From a virus, in the IMG/VR virus record IMGVR_UViG_3300032291_003441, positions 9,087 to 73,086 of that record: a stretch of 64,000 nt of DNA; one strand, written 5' to 3'. The first letter of the stretch is position 1; each line of letters opens with the position of its first letter. Position numbers and translations under genes: made by a program. The notes under the pieces were generated by a model. It saw nothing but the letters and a program-made list of their open reading frames with translations. It was not told where the DNA came from and did no database searches. Positions 8,576 through 19,420 of this stretch are shown one piece after another.

Positions 8576-11455
8576 TTATGCTAAAATATCTTTTACAAGC
8601 GTGTTACTATTAATTCCTGGTTTGACTTTACTTAGATCAGCTATTACACCATTAATATATTGTTCTGTATTATTTCCATCTGTTGGTGGAGCATAAGTGT
8701 AAAAGAATTGAGCAATTGTTGGAGGAGTTTTTGATGTATATTTTTTACCTCCTTTATATTGTACAATAATTGTTTGGTTACCTGCTGTTACAGGCATATT
8801 TCCATTAGCCCATCTTTTAATTTTATTTTCTACTAATGCTTTAGCCCCTAATTCAGGAGTACTAAATTTAGCAAATCTACTTTTTCCATAAGGATTACTT
8901 TCTAATGTTACACCTGGATCAATAGATTTTAAACTATTTGAATAGTCTAGATTACCCGGGTTATTATTTCTATATGAGCGAGTTCCAACTGCCCAACCTT
9001 CTCTAATACCAATAGAGTAAGCAAATTGATAAACTGCTGTATCTTCTTTATAACCAGCATTTAATAATACTTGTCTTAAACTAACATTTGTTGTTGGAGT
9101 TGTGGGTTGTGTTCCTCTAGAAGATGATCTAGAAGCCGATTCAACTGTTCCTTCAGTTGCTTCAGCACCATATGGATTTTTAGGTACAGCCATAGAATCT
9201 ATTGTAGTAGTCCACTGGTTGTTTTCAATTCTGTTTGAAATGCCTTTAATAATAAATTCTAAAGATGTAGGATAATTAGAAGGTAAAAAAGCAGTATCAA
9301 TATTAAACTTTTGATAAACTTTCATTCCTGACAAACCATCCATAGTTAATGATAAATCAAAAGGTAAAAATCCTGCATTTGGTGAAGCTGCATTTGGCTC
9401 GGTTTCTCTAGCGGCAATTGTTTGTTTAGCTTGATCGTATTCTAAAAATTGAGCCTGTTGGGATTTAAAAGATTCAATAGCTATTGTATCCCATTTTGGG
9501 AATAATTTTGAGTTTTGAGATGATAACCCATAAGCAAATGTCTGGAATGCGTCTATGGCTTCTTTATAATCTTTTTGTAGTGAAGCTGTGGTTGGAGTTT
9601 GTTGAACTTCAGCCTCATTAAATAAATCCGATTTTAATCTATCTTTTAAACCAGCATTCATTCTACTTAAAGCTGTAGCATCTTCACCAACTACATAACC
9701 CCTATTTGTAGATCCTACTGTTATCATAGTAGCTAGATTTGGAGATACAGTTGTATTAAAACTAAAATCTCTTATAAATCCAGCATGAGATGCCCCTACT
9801 CCATAAGAACCTGATCTTTCATTATAATAGTAACCATAAATATCAAACTCAGCGGTTTGTGTAGGAAGTTCTTGATCCTTTAAAAATGCATCTTTATTAG
9901 GTAAAATTAATTGGTCTGTTATTTTTATAGTATTGGTTTCTGTATCGATAGTTGGTTCTAATTGATTAACGTAACCAGTTGATTCATTCCATCCTTGACA
10001 CAAAGCATTTAAAAGATCATATAATGAGGTTTTGCCTTTACTATCTTTTAAGGCTTCCATTTTTTCTGTAACCCAAACCATATTAAAGTAAGCATTCATT
10101 ATTTGACCATAACTGTTTTTACCTTTTTGGATGATAAACTGTTCACAGTAATTAGCAAAATAATAAATGTTTCCGCTAGTAACCTTAAAATATTTTTTAA
10201 AGGTAGTTATTCGAGGATCATTACTTATTTGTCGAGGAGATAAATAAATTATATTAGATGATACATCATTATCTACTTTAAGTAATTTAATTTTAGGATC
10301 ATTTACACATAAAATAATTTTTTCTCGAATTAATTCTAATAAACGACCAAACCTAACATAATACTGAACATCTTTGGTTCCATCATAATGTTGAGCAAAA
10401 TAATCAACAGGAGTACTTTCATTTTTATCTACAATAGCAACACCATTAGCATATACTGTGGCTTTAACTAATGCTTGTTGGGCTTTAAAAAAGTCTTTAG
10501 CTATTTCGTTAGTATTAGAATATTCTTTTATTACTTTATCAGGTACGGAATCTGGTGGTGTATCTTTAGCGTTAGTGTTTTTATTAGTGGAAGATCCAGG
10601 TAAAAGGATATTTGTCTTTAATGATTCAATTACATCACCTAAACTAATTAGTTTAATACTAATATCATATGCTCCTTCTTTAGTAAAAGTCCAATTAAAG
10701 TTAACTACTTTACCTACAATAGCATCATAATTACCATTAGAATCTTTTCTTTTAGTTTGAATAATATCTAAAATATTGTCATAGTTTACATCTTGGAACT
10801 TAGGTTTTCCATCTTTATCTTTTTCACCTGTTGGATTTTTTAAAGTTAAAAAAGCATCAGCCAAACTATATGGGTTATCTTTTATATAAGTTCCTTTATT
10901 GCTAAAATAAGAGCTATTACCCCATTCTAATAACATAGTAAAACCTAAACGCATGTACAAAGTATCAATAACATCAAACTGATACCTATTATTTGCTCTA
11001 ATACTTATATTTGCTGTCTTAATAGAACCTCGTGTTTCGGTTTTAATAATAGCTGAGGTAATACCTGGCATAGGGCGTAAACCAAATTCTGTACCTCCCA
11101 TACCATAAGCATAATAATTATATGGTTGGTTAAGTGGAGTTTTTTGTAAAGAATTTAATCCCTGACCATCCCAAATTCCATATCGTTGATAAGTTTCTAA
11201 TGCTCCTTTTGTAGGAGATTCATTAGTTGTTCCATTAAATAAAACAAACTGTTCTGCTAATTGAGTCCCTGTGTATCCTAAATTTCTAGGATCATTTTCT
11301 ATATTAACGGATGATACTAATTTTACCCAACCAGTTCTAGCTTCTAAATAAGATAATTGTTCATTAGTTCTATTTAAAGAACCATATATTCTTTGTCTTT
11401 GTGTAACTTGTTCTCTTACAAATTCAGCAAAACCTTCTCCTACTATATTTCCCAT
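8576..11455 (-). CDS. Baseplate hub-like protein with C-terminal lysozyme-like peptidoglycan hydrolase domain
   Basis: Follows LysM-type wedge gene; C-terminal REGW..RNNNPGNL...FSTPELGAKAL...YAPPTDGNNTEQY motif of virion muramidase-like domains. Confidence 0.7.
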   Translation of the reverse strand: MGNIVGEGFAEFVREQVTQRQRIYGSLNRTNEQLSYLEARTGWVKLVSSVNIENDPRNLGYTGTQLAEQFVLFNGTTNESPTKGALETYQRYGIWDGQGLNSLQKTPLNQPYNYYAYGMGGTEFGLRPMPGITSAIIKTETRGSIKTANISIRANNRYQFDVIDTLYMRLGFTMLLEWGNSSYFSNKGTYIKDNPYSLADAFLTLKNPTGEKDKDGKPKFQDVNYDNILDIIQTKRKDSNGNYDAIVGKVVNFNWTFTKEGAYDISIKLISLGDVIESLKTNILLPGSSTNKNTNAKDTPPDSVPDKVIKEYSNTNEIAKDFFKAQQALVKATVYANGVAIVDKNESTPVDYFAQHYDGTKDVQYYVRFGRLLELIREKIILCVNDPKIKLLKVDNDVSSNIIYLSPRQISNDPRITTFKKYFKVTSGNIYYFANYCEQFIIQKGKNSYGQIMNAYFNMVWVTEKMEALKDSKGKTSLYDLLNALCQGWNESTGYVNQLEPTIDTETNTIKITDQLILPNKDAFLKDQELPTQTAEFDIYGYYYNERSGSYGVGASHAGFIRDFSFNTTVSPNLATMITVGSTNRGYVVGEDATALSRMNAGLKDRLKSDLFNEAEVQQTPTTASLQKDYKEAIDAFQTFAYGLSSQNSKLFPKWDTIAIESFKSQQAQFLEYDQAKQTIAARETEPNAASPNAGFLPFDLSLTMDGLSGMKVYQKFNIDTAFLPSNYPTSLEFIIKGISNRIENNQWTTTIDSMAVPKNPYGAEATEGTVESASRSSSRGTQPTTPTTNVSLRQVLLNAGYKEDTAVYQFAYSIGIREGWAVGTRSYRNNNPGNLDYSNSLKSIDPGVTLESNPYGKSRFAKFSTPELGAKALVENKIKRWANGNMPVTAGNQTIIVQYKGGKKYTSKTPPTIAQFFYTYAPPTDGNNTEQYINGVIADLSKVKPGINSNTLVKDILA

Positions 11456-11456
11456 A

Positions 11457-11780
11457 TTATGTGTTGATTAAAGTAAAATTTCTTACAACGTTTGAGTAAT
11501 TTGAAGGAATACGAATCTGGATCCCCTCAGGTATTACTAGACTGTTTTGTGGTAAGCTTACTAATGTTCCTGATCCAGCATTACCTGTATTTGCTATAGA
11601 AATAACCCACCATAAAGAACTATCACCATAATATTGTTGTGCTAAAACATCAAAACGATCTCCTTGAGTAGTGTAAACGTAAATATCGTTTGGAGATAAA
11701 AGTACCTCAGGATAACGAGAAGTTACATATACCTCTTTTCCATCAATTTTTTCTTTTTGTATGTTTTGATATCTATTCAT
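11457..11780 (-). CDS. LysM-like baseplate wedge protein (gp53/P2 gpX-like)
   Basis: TTQGDRFDVLAQQYYGDSSLWWVISIAN...GIQIRIP. Confidence 0.85.
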   Translation of the reverse strand: MNRYQNIQKEKIDGKEVYVTSRYPEVLLSPNDIYVYTTQGDRFDVLAQQYYGDSSLWWVISIANTGNAGSGTLVSLPQNSLVIPEGIQIRIPSNYSNVVRNFTLINT

Positions 11781-13579
11781 TAAGCTGTTGGTTTAGATAT
11801 ACTATTATAATTTGTTTGAGAAGGATCAGTTCCATTAGCTAAAGCTATAAAACGTTCAGGACCATCTAATATTGACATACCAGTACCTGTTCCTTGAGTA
11901 TTAACGTCATTAGTACTAAAAGTATTATCTTGAAGTCTTGGGATAAAGTTTTGAATAGGAACAAAATTAAATCCAGATACTCTAATAATATGGGGTAATT
12001 CTTTAACAGAGCCATCTTCGGATCCATTACCTACTCCAATTCCTATCTCCCAAGGCGTATCCTCTTGAATATCATAAGTTAAACTAGTTATAAAACCAGG
12101 TTGTTCGTATAAATAACCGCCAACTGTTAATTGTACTAAATTACCCCTCATAAACCCATTAGGACTGTAATCAGGTGCTAAGGTTGAAGCTAAGTAATTT
12201 AATTTTTTATACATTGGAATAAGTTCTTCTTTTGATTGAGCGGCAACCGTCCAAGATAATGAAATTTGTCTAGTAAACCCACTGTAAGTGTAGAAATTTT
12301 CACCTCTACCTAAGTATTGAAAAGAATTCCAGTTAGCATTATATGAATCAGACATAGGACCTAAAAATGCTCTAAAATGCATAAATGTTTTAAAGTTAGG
12401 AGCATCGTTATCAATGACAGCAATCCTAAATTTACATAAATCATTTACGGCCTTATCTTGAATTACATTTTCACTTCTATATACTGGGATGGATGTGATT
12501 TTATCTAAACCTGTATTGTATGAACCTAGGTTTGTATTTACTGATCCATAATAAGAGGCATTAGTTCCTAATCTAACAACACCTTTAGTATAATTAGAAT
12601 AATTTTTATCTCCACGTTTTCCAGGATCTCCTAAATTAACTCTATTTTCAATATTGGATACATCGTAATCAGGAGTTTCGGGAGTAGCTCCACTTTCGGT
12701 TGATGTTCTTCCATCTTGTTTTAAATCTCCTATTTGGATTCTTAAAATTTTTCTAAAATCTTGAACTTTAGGAGAAGCTTTAGTACCTTCAGATACATCT
12801 AATGAATTTGGTTGTGGTCCTGTTTGTACTAAAGGAGGTAAAATTACTGGTGGGCTAAAAGGAGCATTAATTAAGGTTGAATTATAAACCCAAGTATTAT
12901 TTGAGAATGAATCATTTTTACCTGTTTTAGTTAAAAATGTTTGTGATGTTTGAGAATATCTTATACCTGTATTTCCTACTCCTAATCTAGAACCAGGACC
13001 ACCAGTATAAGTCATTACGTTTATTCCATTATTAAGAACTACTCTATTACCATCAAAGTTAATAGGTCTTCCTTGGTATGAGCCTCTTAATAATTCTGTT
13101 AATCTATTTTCTTCTACTGGTTGTGATGGTTTTACTCTAACACCATATAAGTTTATATTATTAGCGTAAGCTCCTGTGTCTGCAAACGGGTTAATGCCTT
13201 GTTTGTTTAAGTGACCACCAAACGCTATTAGACCGGCTTCTGCCAATGTATTTAATGGTGAATATATACCTTCATTTAAGATACCACTTGTTTGTGTACG
13301 AACAGCTGTACGAGACAACAACTGTTGTTTTGCTATAAAAAGTAATCCGTTTGGTGATCTAGTATCAGCAAACATTTTACCTAAACGTTTAATATCCTCT
13401 AAAGAATCAGTTACAGCATTAATTCCACCTCTTAATAAAAAATCAGTTGTACCTATGTACGGACCTATCCTATCAGGGATGTCTGTGGTAATATATGGTT
13501 GTCCACTATTTCCACCTCCAATCCTGTCGTTCCCATATCTAAGGGACTTAAGGTCAGTTTTTAGGTTTATTAAGCCCAT
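11780..13579 (-). CDS. Baseplate / tail-tube initiator-like protein
   Basis: C-terminal FRAFL..MSDSYNANW...GRGENFYTYSGFTRQISLSW...PGFITSLTY tube-fold motif; follows tape measure. Confidence 0.65.
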   Translation of the reverse strand: MGLINLKTDLKSLRYGNDRIGGGNSGQPYITTDIPDRIGPYIGTTDFLLRGGINAVTDSLEDIKRLGKMFADTRSPNGLLFIAKQQLLSRTAVRTQTSGILNEGIYSPLNTLAEAGLIAFGGHLNKQGINPFADTGAYANNINLYGVRVKPSQPVEENRLTELLRGSYQGRPINFDGNRVVLNNGINVMTYTGGPGSRLGVGNTGIRYSQTSQTFLTKTGKNDSFSNNTWVYNSTLINAPFSPPVILPPLVQTGPQPNSLDVSEGTKASPKVQDFRKILRIQIGDLKQDGRTSTESGATPETPDYDVSNIENRVNLGDPGKRGDKNYSNYTKGVVRLGTNASYYGSVNTNLGSYNTGLDKITSIPVYRSENVIQDKAVNDLCKFRIAVIDNDAPNFKTFMHFRAFLGPMSDSYNANWNSFQYLGRGENFYTYSGFTRQISLSWTVAAQSKEELIPMYKKLNYLASTLAPDYSPNGFMRGNLVQLTVGGYLYEQPGFITSLTYDIQEDTPWEIGIGVGNGSEDGSVKELPHIIRVSGFNFVPIQNFIPRLQDNTFSTNDVNTQGTGTGMSILDGPERFIALANGTDPSQTNYNSISKPTA

Positions 13580-13839
13580 TATTTAGGGAAGTTATCTAAA
13601 TAAGGTAATTTTCCGTTTACTTTAGGAGCTAATCCATTTAAATCTAATTGAGAAACAGCTAGATCAGTAGCATAATTAGATTTTTTATCGTAAACTAAAG
13701 GTTGTTTACCATCTAAATCTAATTGTGATTTTGCTAAATCTGCTTGATAGTTTGATTTTTGATCGTATTTAGGAGGTTGGATACCATCATAAGCTGAAAG
13801 GTTTGAGCCACCTGTTTTTAATTTATCTAAAAGTCCCAT
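13579..13839 (-). CDS. Small tail-region protein with a 26-aa internal duplication
   Basis: YDQKSNYQADLAKSQLDLDG and YDKKSNYATDLAVSQLDLNG. Confidence 0.65.
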   Translation of the reverse strand: MGLLDKLKTGGSNLSAYDGIQPPKYDQKSNYQADLAKSQLDLDGKQPLVYDKKSNYATDLAVSQLDLNGLAPKVNGKLPYLDNFPK

Positions 13840-13866
13840 AGTTGTATTTTATTATAAATATTTAAA

Positions 13867-16029
13867 TTATTGAGTTTTATGAGAGACAACAGTCATTGCT
13901 GTACCTACTTTATTACCATCTAAGTATACATTACCACCAGCTTTAACTACTGATATTAGTTCATCTAATTTTTTATTAACATCATCAGATTGTTGACTTA
14001 ATGGTTTTGTACTTTCATTTATTTTAGTTGAAGGAGGAGGAGTTTTAATATTACCTTCATATTTTAAACCAAAAAGTCTAGAAAAAGGATTATTTTCAAA
14101 TTGTTCTTTTAATCGTTTTTGGCGTTCATTTGATATTATTTGTTTTTGCTCTTCAATTTTAGCTTCTAATTCCCCTTTTTGGTCTTTTGGGGCTGTTTTA
14201 AGTTGTTCTTGAAATGATTTTTTTCTTGAAACAGCTATTTCTGAGGTTGAAGCAGGACCAAACGCAATAGTACTTAATAAACTTTTTCCTGATTCTAAGC
14301 TACCAACAAACTTATCCATATATTTTAGTAGTTTGTCAAGAGTTCCTCCAGTAACTAAATCAGAAAATACTTCTTTAATTCGTTCTACGGCTACATTAAA
14401 TTTTTCTTGAGCAGAGGCAGATCTTTGAGCTTCTTTTAAGTTTTTACCTTCTAAAACTCCTTGTTCAACCAATGCTGCTTCTTTTTCTAATTTAATTGCG
14501 GTCTCGTAATCTTTTCTTTTCCTTGCTTGTTCGGCTTGTTCTTTTAATTGTTTAGTATAATTACCTGCTGTTTTTTGGATTACTTGTTGTTTATACAAAC
14601 TATCAGCTAACTCATTAGCACTCATCCCCAACGTTTTGGCTATTGCCTCTTGTTGGATGCGATTCATTCTTGAAAATTTTTCAGCAGTAATTCCTTGTTT
14701 TGCTATTTCTTGAGTTAAACCAGCAATATCATTATTTAAAGCAAACTCACGTGCTTTTTCTAAATTAATATCTTTACCTGTTAGTAATTCGGCCTCTAAT
14801 TCATTAGCAATAGATTGTTCAAAATTTAACAATGAATCACCTATTTTAGAAACTTGATCTAAAGTTAATCCTAATTTTTTAGCTTCTAAAACAGATTTAG
14901 ATAATTCACCAATATTGCCTTTAAAATTAAGCTGAATTAGTTTACTTGTTTTGTTTACTTCTTGAAGTATTTTTCGACCATCTGCTATTATTTTATTTTG
15001 ATTAGCAAATGCAGCTATTTGATTATAAACAATATCAACTCCTTTTCCAGCTTCAATATTACTTACAGCAAATGTTTCTTGTAATCCTAAAGCCTCTTCT
15101 TTAGATTGACCTAATTGTTTAGTTAAAATAATTTGAGATTCAATTTGATCTTGGGTTGCTATTGTAGAAAAACCGGTAAGTTGAGATATATCATTAAAAG
15201 CTTCAGACATATTAGCTGTAGTTCTATACATAGTATCCAGGGATGATTTACTTCCAATAATATTTTTGTATACCCCCTCAGCTGCTTCTTTACTTACACT
15301 TAAATTTTTAGCTATATTAGTAACTCTTTCATCAGCGCTAAACATAGCGTCAATAAAGAACTTAGCTACTTTGGTTAAAATAGAAAAACCAGCTACTGGA
15401 TCTAGTAAATTATCTTTTATAGATGATCCAACACCTTTAACTCCTTCTTTAAATACATCAAATTTTGTTGATCCTTCTTCGGCTGTTTTCTTTTGTATTC
15501 TAGCTAATACTTCCTCTGATTTAATTAAACCTCCTAAAATAGGAATTTTATTAAGACCTTTTATTACATTACCTGTAGTTCCTAATTTTTTATTAAACTG
15601 GTCTGCTAATTTAGCTTGTTCTTCTAAATCCGCAATAAACTCATTTTCATAAGATATTGCTTGATTTAACTGTTTATTTGCTTCTTTACCTGTAATTAAA
15701 CCTGCTTTTTTAGCAATATTAATTTGTTGAGTAATAGCATTTATTTTATCAGTACGATCTTGAATTTGTTTTTCAACTTGAGCACGAGTTAAAGCTCCTG
15801 TTCTTAATTTTTCCTGATTGGAAAGTAAGGTTGTAGATGATTTGGCTAAATTATTTATTCCTTTAGTAATATCGCCAGTAAGGGATTTACTAAAAGTAGA
15901 AGTAGTATCAAGAGCTTCTTTAAATATATTACCAACCTGAGAGGATATGTTACGCAGAGCATCTTCAACTATCTCGGCTGTTTCTAGTGCTCTTTTTTTT
16001 ACTTCTTCTGGTTTAAGATCTTTAGCCAT
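13867..16029 (-). CDS. Tape measure protein
   Basis: 720-aa helical Ala/Lys/Glu/Gln-rich protein after tube and chaperone genes. Confidence 0.8.
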   Translation of the reverse strand: MAKDLKPEEVKKRALETAEIVEDALRNISSQVGNIFKEALDTTSTFSKSLTGDITKGINNLAKSSTTLLSNQEKLRTGALTRAQVEKQIQDRTDKINAITQQINIAKKAGLITGKEANKQLNQAISYENEFIADLEEQAKLADQFNKKLGTTGNVIKGLNKIPILGGLIKSEEVLARIQKKTAEEGSTKFDVFKEGVKGVGSSIKDNLLDPVAGFSILTKVAKFFIDAMFSADERVTNIAKNLSVSKEAAEGVYKNIIGSKSSLDTMYRTTANMSEAFNDISQLTGFSTIATQDQIESQIILTKQLGQSKEEALGLQETFAVSNIEAGKGVDIVYNQIAAFANQNKIIADGRKILQEVNKTSKLIQLNFKGNIGELSKSVLEAKKLGLTLDQVSKIGDSLLNFEQSIANELEAELLTGKDINLEKAREFALNNDIAGLTQEIAKQGITAEKFSRMNRIQQEAIAKTLGMSANELADSLYKQQVIQKTAGNYTKQLKEQAEQARKRKDYETAIKLEKEAALVEQGVLEGKNLKEAQRSASAQEKFNVAVERIKEVFSDLVTGGTLDKLLKYMDKFVGSLESGKSLLSTIAFGPASTSEIAVSRKKSFQEQLKTAPKDQKGELEAKIEEQKQIISNERQKRLKEQFENNPFSRLFGLKYEGNIKTPPPSTKINESTKPLSQQSDDVNKKLDELISVVKAGGNVYLDGNKVGTAMTVVSHKTQ

Positions 16030-16051
16030 ATATTATAAATATTAAAAGGCA

Positions 16052-16340
16052 TCATTTTTTAGATGCCTTTGTAACATATGTTGGTACTTGTACTTTTTTA
16101 TTTTTAGATGCTTCCTCTTTTATACTACCTTGAGTCCAGCTGTCTTCATTTGGATTTTTATTAGATTGATTATACCAATCTTTTAATTTATTAAAGGTAT
16201 AAACACGTAACCAGATAGGCATATTATAAATAATATCATAACTATAACCTCCTTGCCCGTGAAATACTATTTCGTGAATTTGATTAAAAATAGATAACCT
16301 AAATTCAGAAGCATTATTAGAGGTCAGGCCAAAAAAAGTT
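16052..16340 (-). CDS. Tail assembly chaperone C-terminal extension (gp51-like), probably made by frameshift from the upstream gene
   Basis: HEIVFHGQGGYSYDIIYNMPIWLR block has no upstream ATG; overlaps the upstream gene at a T7 run in the +1 frame. Confidence 0.6.
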
Positions 16341-17048
16341 AAGATTAATTGGGATGTCGATATCCTCCTCAACACCGTTAATAACTACTTTAGTAGATAA
16401 ATCAACATCTGGGGATACTGATTTAATATATGATCTTAATGCTCTTGAATCTGAGGCTAGTAAATATTGTTCTACGAATTCTTTAATAGATGTTTTATCA
16501 TCATTACCATCAACAGAAATAATCTGGTGTTTTAGTCTTGTTGTAATTTCTGAAGATAACTCTTTATTGAATTTTTTAAGTCCTTCAATTTCTTGTTTAA
16601 TTTTTTCTTCATCATTTTCATTTAAAAGCTTAAATTCAATTACAGTTCCTGAATTAGGGAGAGTAAAATTAAATGTGCCTTTAGAAGATACTAAGGATGT
16701 ATTAAAGACTTTATTTTCAATAATACTTAAATCAACATTATATTCTTTACCATCATAAGTAAATGAATAATCTTTACCATAACCTAAAACACGAGATGCT
16801 ACTAAAATAGCATTTTTGTCTCCAGTTATTAGGTCTTTAATATTGATTTTACCTAATGTTAATGATTCTAACAACTTATCTAACACAATACCTTTTGAAA
16901 TAAAGTTTTGGTTTGATAAAATGTCTTCTTCTTTTGCGGTCATGTATTTCATTTCAACCTTGCCGCTTCTTAAAATGTGATCTGGTGGATAGACTAAACC
17001 TTTTGAAGGTAATTCTACAACCTCTGTTGGAAACTTAAATTCGCTCAT
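16317..17048 (-). CDS. Baseplate hub / tail assembly chaperone (T4 gp26-like)
   Basis: VELPSKG, MTAKEEDIL, DKNAILVASR, ends NFFWPDL; lies between tube and tape measure. Confidence 0.75.
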   Translation of the reverse strand: MSEFKFPTEVVELPSKGLVYPPDHILRSGKVEMKYMTAKEEDILSNQNFISKGIVLDKLLESLTLGKINIKDLITGDKNAILVASRVLGYGKDYSFTYDGKEYNVDLSIIENKVFNTSLVSSKGTFNFTLPNSGTVIEFKLLNENDEEKIKQEIEGLKKFNKELSSEITTRLKHQIISVDGNDDKTSIKEFVEQYLLASDSRALRSYIKSVSPDVDLSTKVVINGVEEDIDIPINLNFFWPDL

Positions 17049-17061
17049 AAACTTATTTTGT

Positions 17062-17070
17062 TATAAATAT
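17062..17070 (-). promoter_or_regulatory. Putative late promoter ATATTTATA (representative copy)
   Basis: Recurs just upstream of starts at 5803, 6142, 13853, 16034, 17062, 17642, 30187, 33462, 42303, 44305, 46246, 48960, 53268, 54322. Confidence 0.7.
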
Positions 17071-17079
17071 TAATAGAAT

Positions 17080-17110
17080 AAAGAAGCTCGCAAAAAATGC
17101 GAGCTTTCTT
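17080..17110 (-). terminator. Intrinsic terminator after tail tube gene
   Basis: Minus strand AAGCTCGCATTTTTTGCGAGCTT followed by CTTTATT. Confidence 0.7.
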
Positions 17111-17130
17111 TGATTTATTTTTACTTTTAA

Positions 17131-17619
17131 TTAGAAATTCAAGATACAGTAATCAGGTTGAACTGTCATTGTAAGATTAATTGCTGTATCAACGGTATCC
17201 CAGTTATAATCACCAAAATTAGCTTCAGTAATTAACGCACCTTTGATAATCCATTCTGATACGATATCACCTACAGGTCCTAATACATCAAATGTTAAGT
17301 CTTTCTTATAGAAATCACTATAACCATCACGTCCAGTTACTGATTCGTGGTGTAAACGTACCCATTCCATTACCGCCTGTGCACCTGAAGGAGTGATAGG
17401 ATCAAATAATGTAAATGTGATAGGTCCCCAAGTAGTTTTACCTTTCACAAAACGTTGTACGTTAATATGGTTTAAAGGTACGGTACCTTGAGTTAACGTG
17501 ACTGCACCAACACCTTTAATCTCATACGCAGGTATACCGTCAATATACATAATGAATCGGTTGGCCTGTTTTGGTTCAAAGGCTGTGAAAAATATTTCGT
17601 TTGGATCTAATACTGCCAT
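17131..17619 (-). CDS. Tail tube protein (T4 gp19-like)
   Basis: FEPKQANRF, KGKTTWGPITFTLFDP, EWIIKGA; directly follows sheath. Confidence 0.9.
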   Translation of the reverse strand: MAVLDPNEIFFTAFEPKQANRFIMYIDGIPAYEIKGVGAVTLTQGTVPLNHINVQRFVKGKTTWGPITFTLFDPITPSGAQAVMEWVRLHHESVTGRDGYSDFYKKDLTFDVLGPVGDIVSEWIIKGALITEANFGDYNWDTVDTAINLTMTVQPDYCILNF

Positions 17620-17665
17620 TTTATTTATTTATTTGTTTTGTTATAAATATTCCGTTTTTAAAAAA

Positions 17666-19420
17666 TTACGCTGGGAAAGATACTCCGGTTGGTAAGATGT
17701 TGAAGTTCAAATAAACGAATTCAGCAGTCTTAGTTGGTTGTAAGTAAATCTGTCCTACTAATTGATTCCTGTCAATTACATCTGGAGTGTTGTTGCTTGA
17801 ATCCATTACTACTTTAAAAGCATACAAACCTTGACGTTGTTGTACTGATTCTAAGTATGGGTTAACTTGGTTCAAGAAACTTGTACGAGTTGCGATTGTG
17901 TTTTGTTCGAACACTAAGTTATTAGCAACTTGACCGATATAAGATTTAAGAGCAATCAACAGACGACGAACGTTTACACGATCCAAAGCACTTGCTTTAG
18001 TTTGTAATGTTTTTTGTCCGTAAACTACAACTCCTGTTCCAGGGAAAGTAGCAATTGGGTTAACTTTATTTGTGTATAAAGTATCGCGGTTAGCTTGAGA
18101 TAATTTCTTTTCAGCTCTTACTACACTACTTAATCCACCTCTGTTAATACCAGCTGGTGCAAACCAAGGCTCAGATACTGAATCGTTGTAAGCATAAACA
18201 CCACCGATCATAGTAGAGGCCGGAACCCAAACTAATTGAGATGAATCTGGATCAATTGTTTGAACCCAAGGCCAGTATGAAGCTGCATATGAAGTATTTT
18301 TAGCGTTTGAAGCGTTAGTTACTTCTGTAATGCTTGAACTAAAAGGTACTAAATCAGATACGTAAATATTATCACCACGATTCATTGTGTTGTTGATAAT
18401 AGAAGTTACTTGAGAAGAACCTAAAGCAGCAGCATTAGCAAACAAACCAGGAGTCATTAATACGTTAAATCTATAATCATCAGTATTAGCTAACAAATTA
18501 ATCATATTGTCATAGCTTGAGCTTAACAAACCTTGAGTGTTTGTAGAACTTACTACGATGTTATTATAATAATTAGCACCTGCTCCAAATAAAGTTCCTG
18601 TAGCACCTGCAAATGATCCTGAAGCGTTTACAGGAATAGATGCTGTGTATTGAGATTTTGCAATACCTGTGTTATCAAAATACAATGGAGTAGGAGTTTT
18701 AACTGCACTCACATAAACATATTTTGAAGCATTTGGATAATCACCAGTTACTGTGATTTGATTATCGATAGAATTATATGCTCTAACTTGGTTACCAATT
18801 AATCTAGATACATAGTTAGGAGCCGTTGGGTCCATTGATAAGTTAGTCCAAGTTTCTAAAGTAACTGGATTGTTTGTGTTATCATCACCTTCACGGATCA
18901 ACAAACTAAAAGTTCCAGATGCTGTATCGTTATTAACAATTTGCCATCTGATATTATTAGCTGAACCTGAAGCATTTAATGATCCACTTGCATCTAATGA
19001 ACCAGAACTATTCATAATAATACCTTGTGAAAGAGTACTTAATACAATTGATTCTGAGTTATTAAGATTTAAAATACCACTTCCGTTTGGAGTTGGATTT
19101 GAAGCAGCAGAAGCTGAAGTAAATGCAGATGAGAAAGTACCACTAACTACCCTGGCTACTAATAATGATTCTCCACCATTGTTAAAATAGTTAAAAGCAG
19201 CAATTGATGTAAAATAAGTATAAACTTGGCTTCCACTAATAAAAGTTGAACCAAATTTATTCTTATAATCGCTGTATGAGGTAACAACTGTAGGTGTTTC
19301 TACAGGACCTAAAGGTGTAGGACCAATAATAGCGGCTCCTACAGTTATAGGTTGTTGCGTAATAAACGACTGATCGTTCTCAATTGAAAGTACGCCAGGT
19401 GATGTTAGTGTTGATGCCAT
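17666..19420 (-). CDS. Tail sheath protein (T4 gp18-like)
   Basis: SPGV..END, PWFAPAGINRG, VNPI..FPG.G.VVYGQKTL, DRVNVRRLL, FEQN motifs. Confidence 0.95.
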   Translation of the reverse strand: MASTLTSPGVLSIENDQSFITQQPITVGAAIIGPTPLGPVETPTVVTSYSDYKNKFGSTFISGSQVYTYFTSIAAFNYFNNGGESLLVARVVSGTFSSAFTSASAASNPTPNGSGILNLNNSESIVLSTLSQGIIMNSSGSLDASGSLNASGSANNIRWQIVNNDTASGTFSLLIREGDDNTNNPVTLETWTNLSMDPTAPNYVSRLIGNQVRAYNSIDNQITVTGDYPNASKYVYVSAVKTPTPLYFDNTGIAKSQYTASIPVNASGSFAGATGTLFGAGANYYNNIVVSSTNTQGLLSSSYDNMINLLANTDDYRFNVLMTPGLFANAAALGSSQVTSIINNTMNRGDNIYVSDLVPFSSSITEVTNASNAKNTSYAASYWPWVQTIDPDSSQLVWVPASTMIGGVYAYNDSVSEPWFAPAGINRGGLSSVVRAEKKLSQANRDTLYTNKVNPIATFPGTGVVVYGQKTLQTKASALDRVNVRRLLIALKSYIGQVANNLVFEQNTIATRTSFLNQVNPYLESVQQRQGLYAFKVVMDSSNNTPDVIDRNQLVGQIYLQPTKTAEFVYLNFNILPTGVSFPA

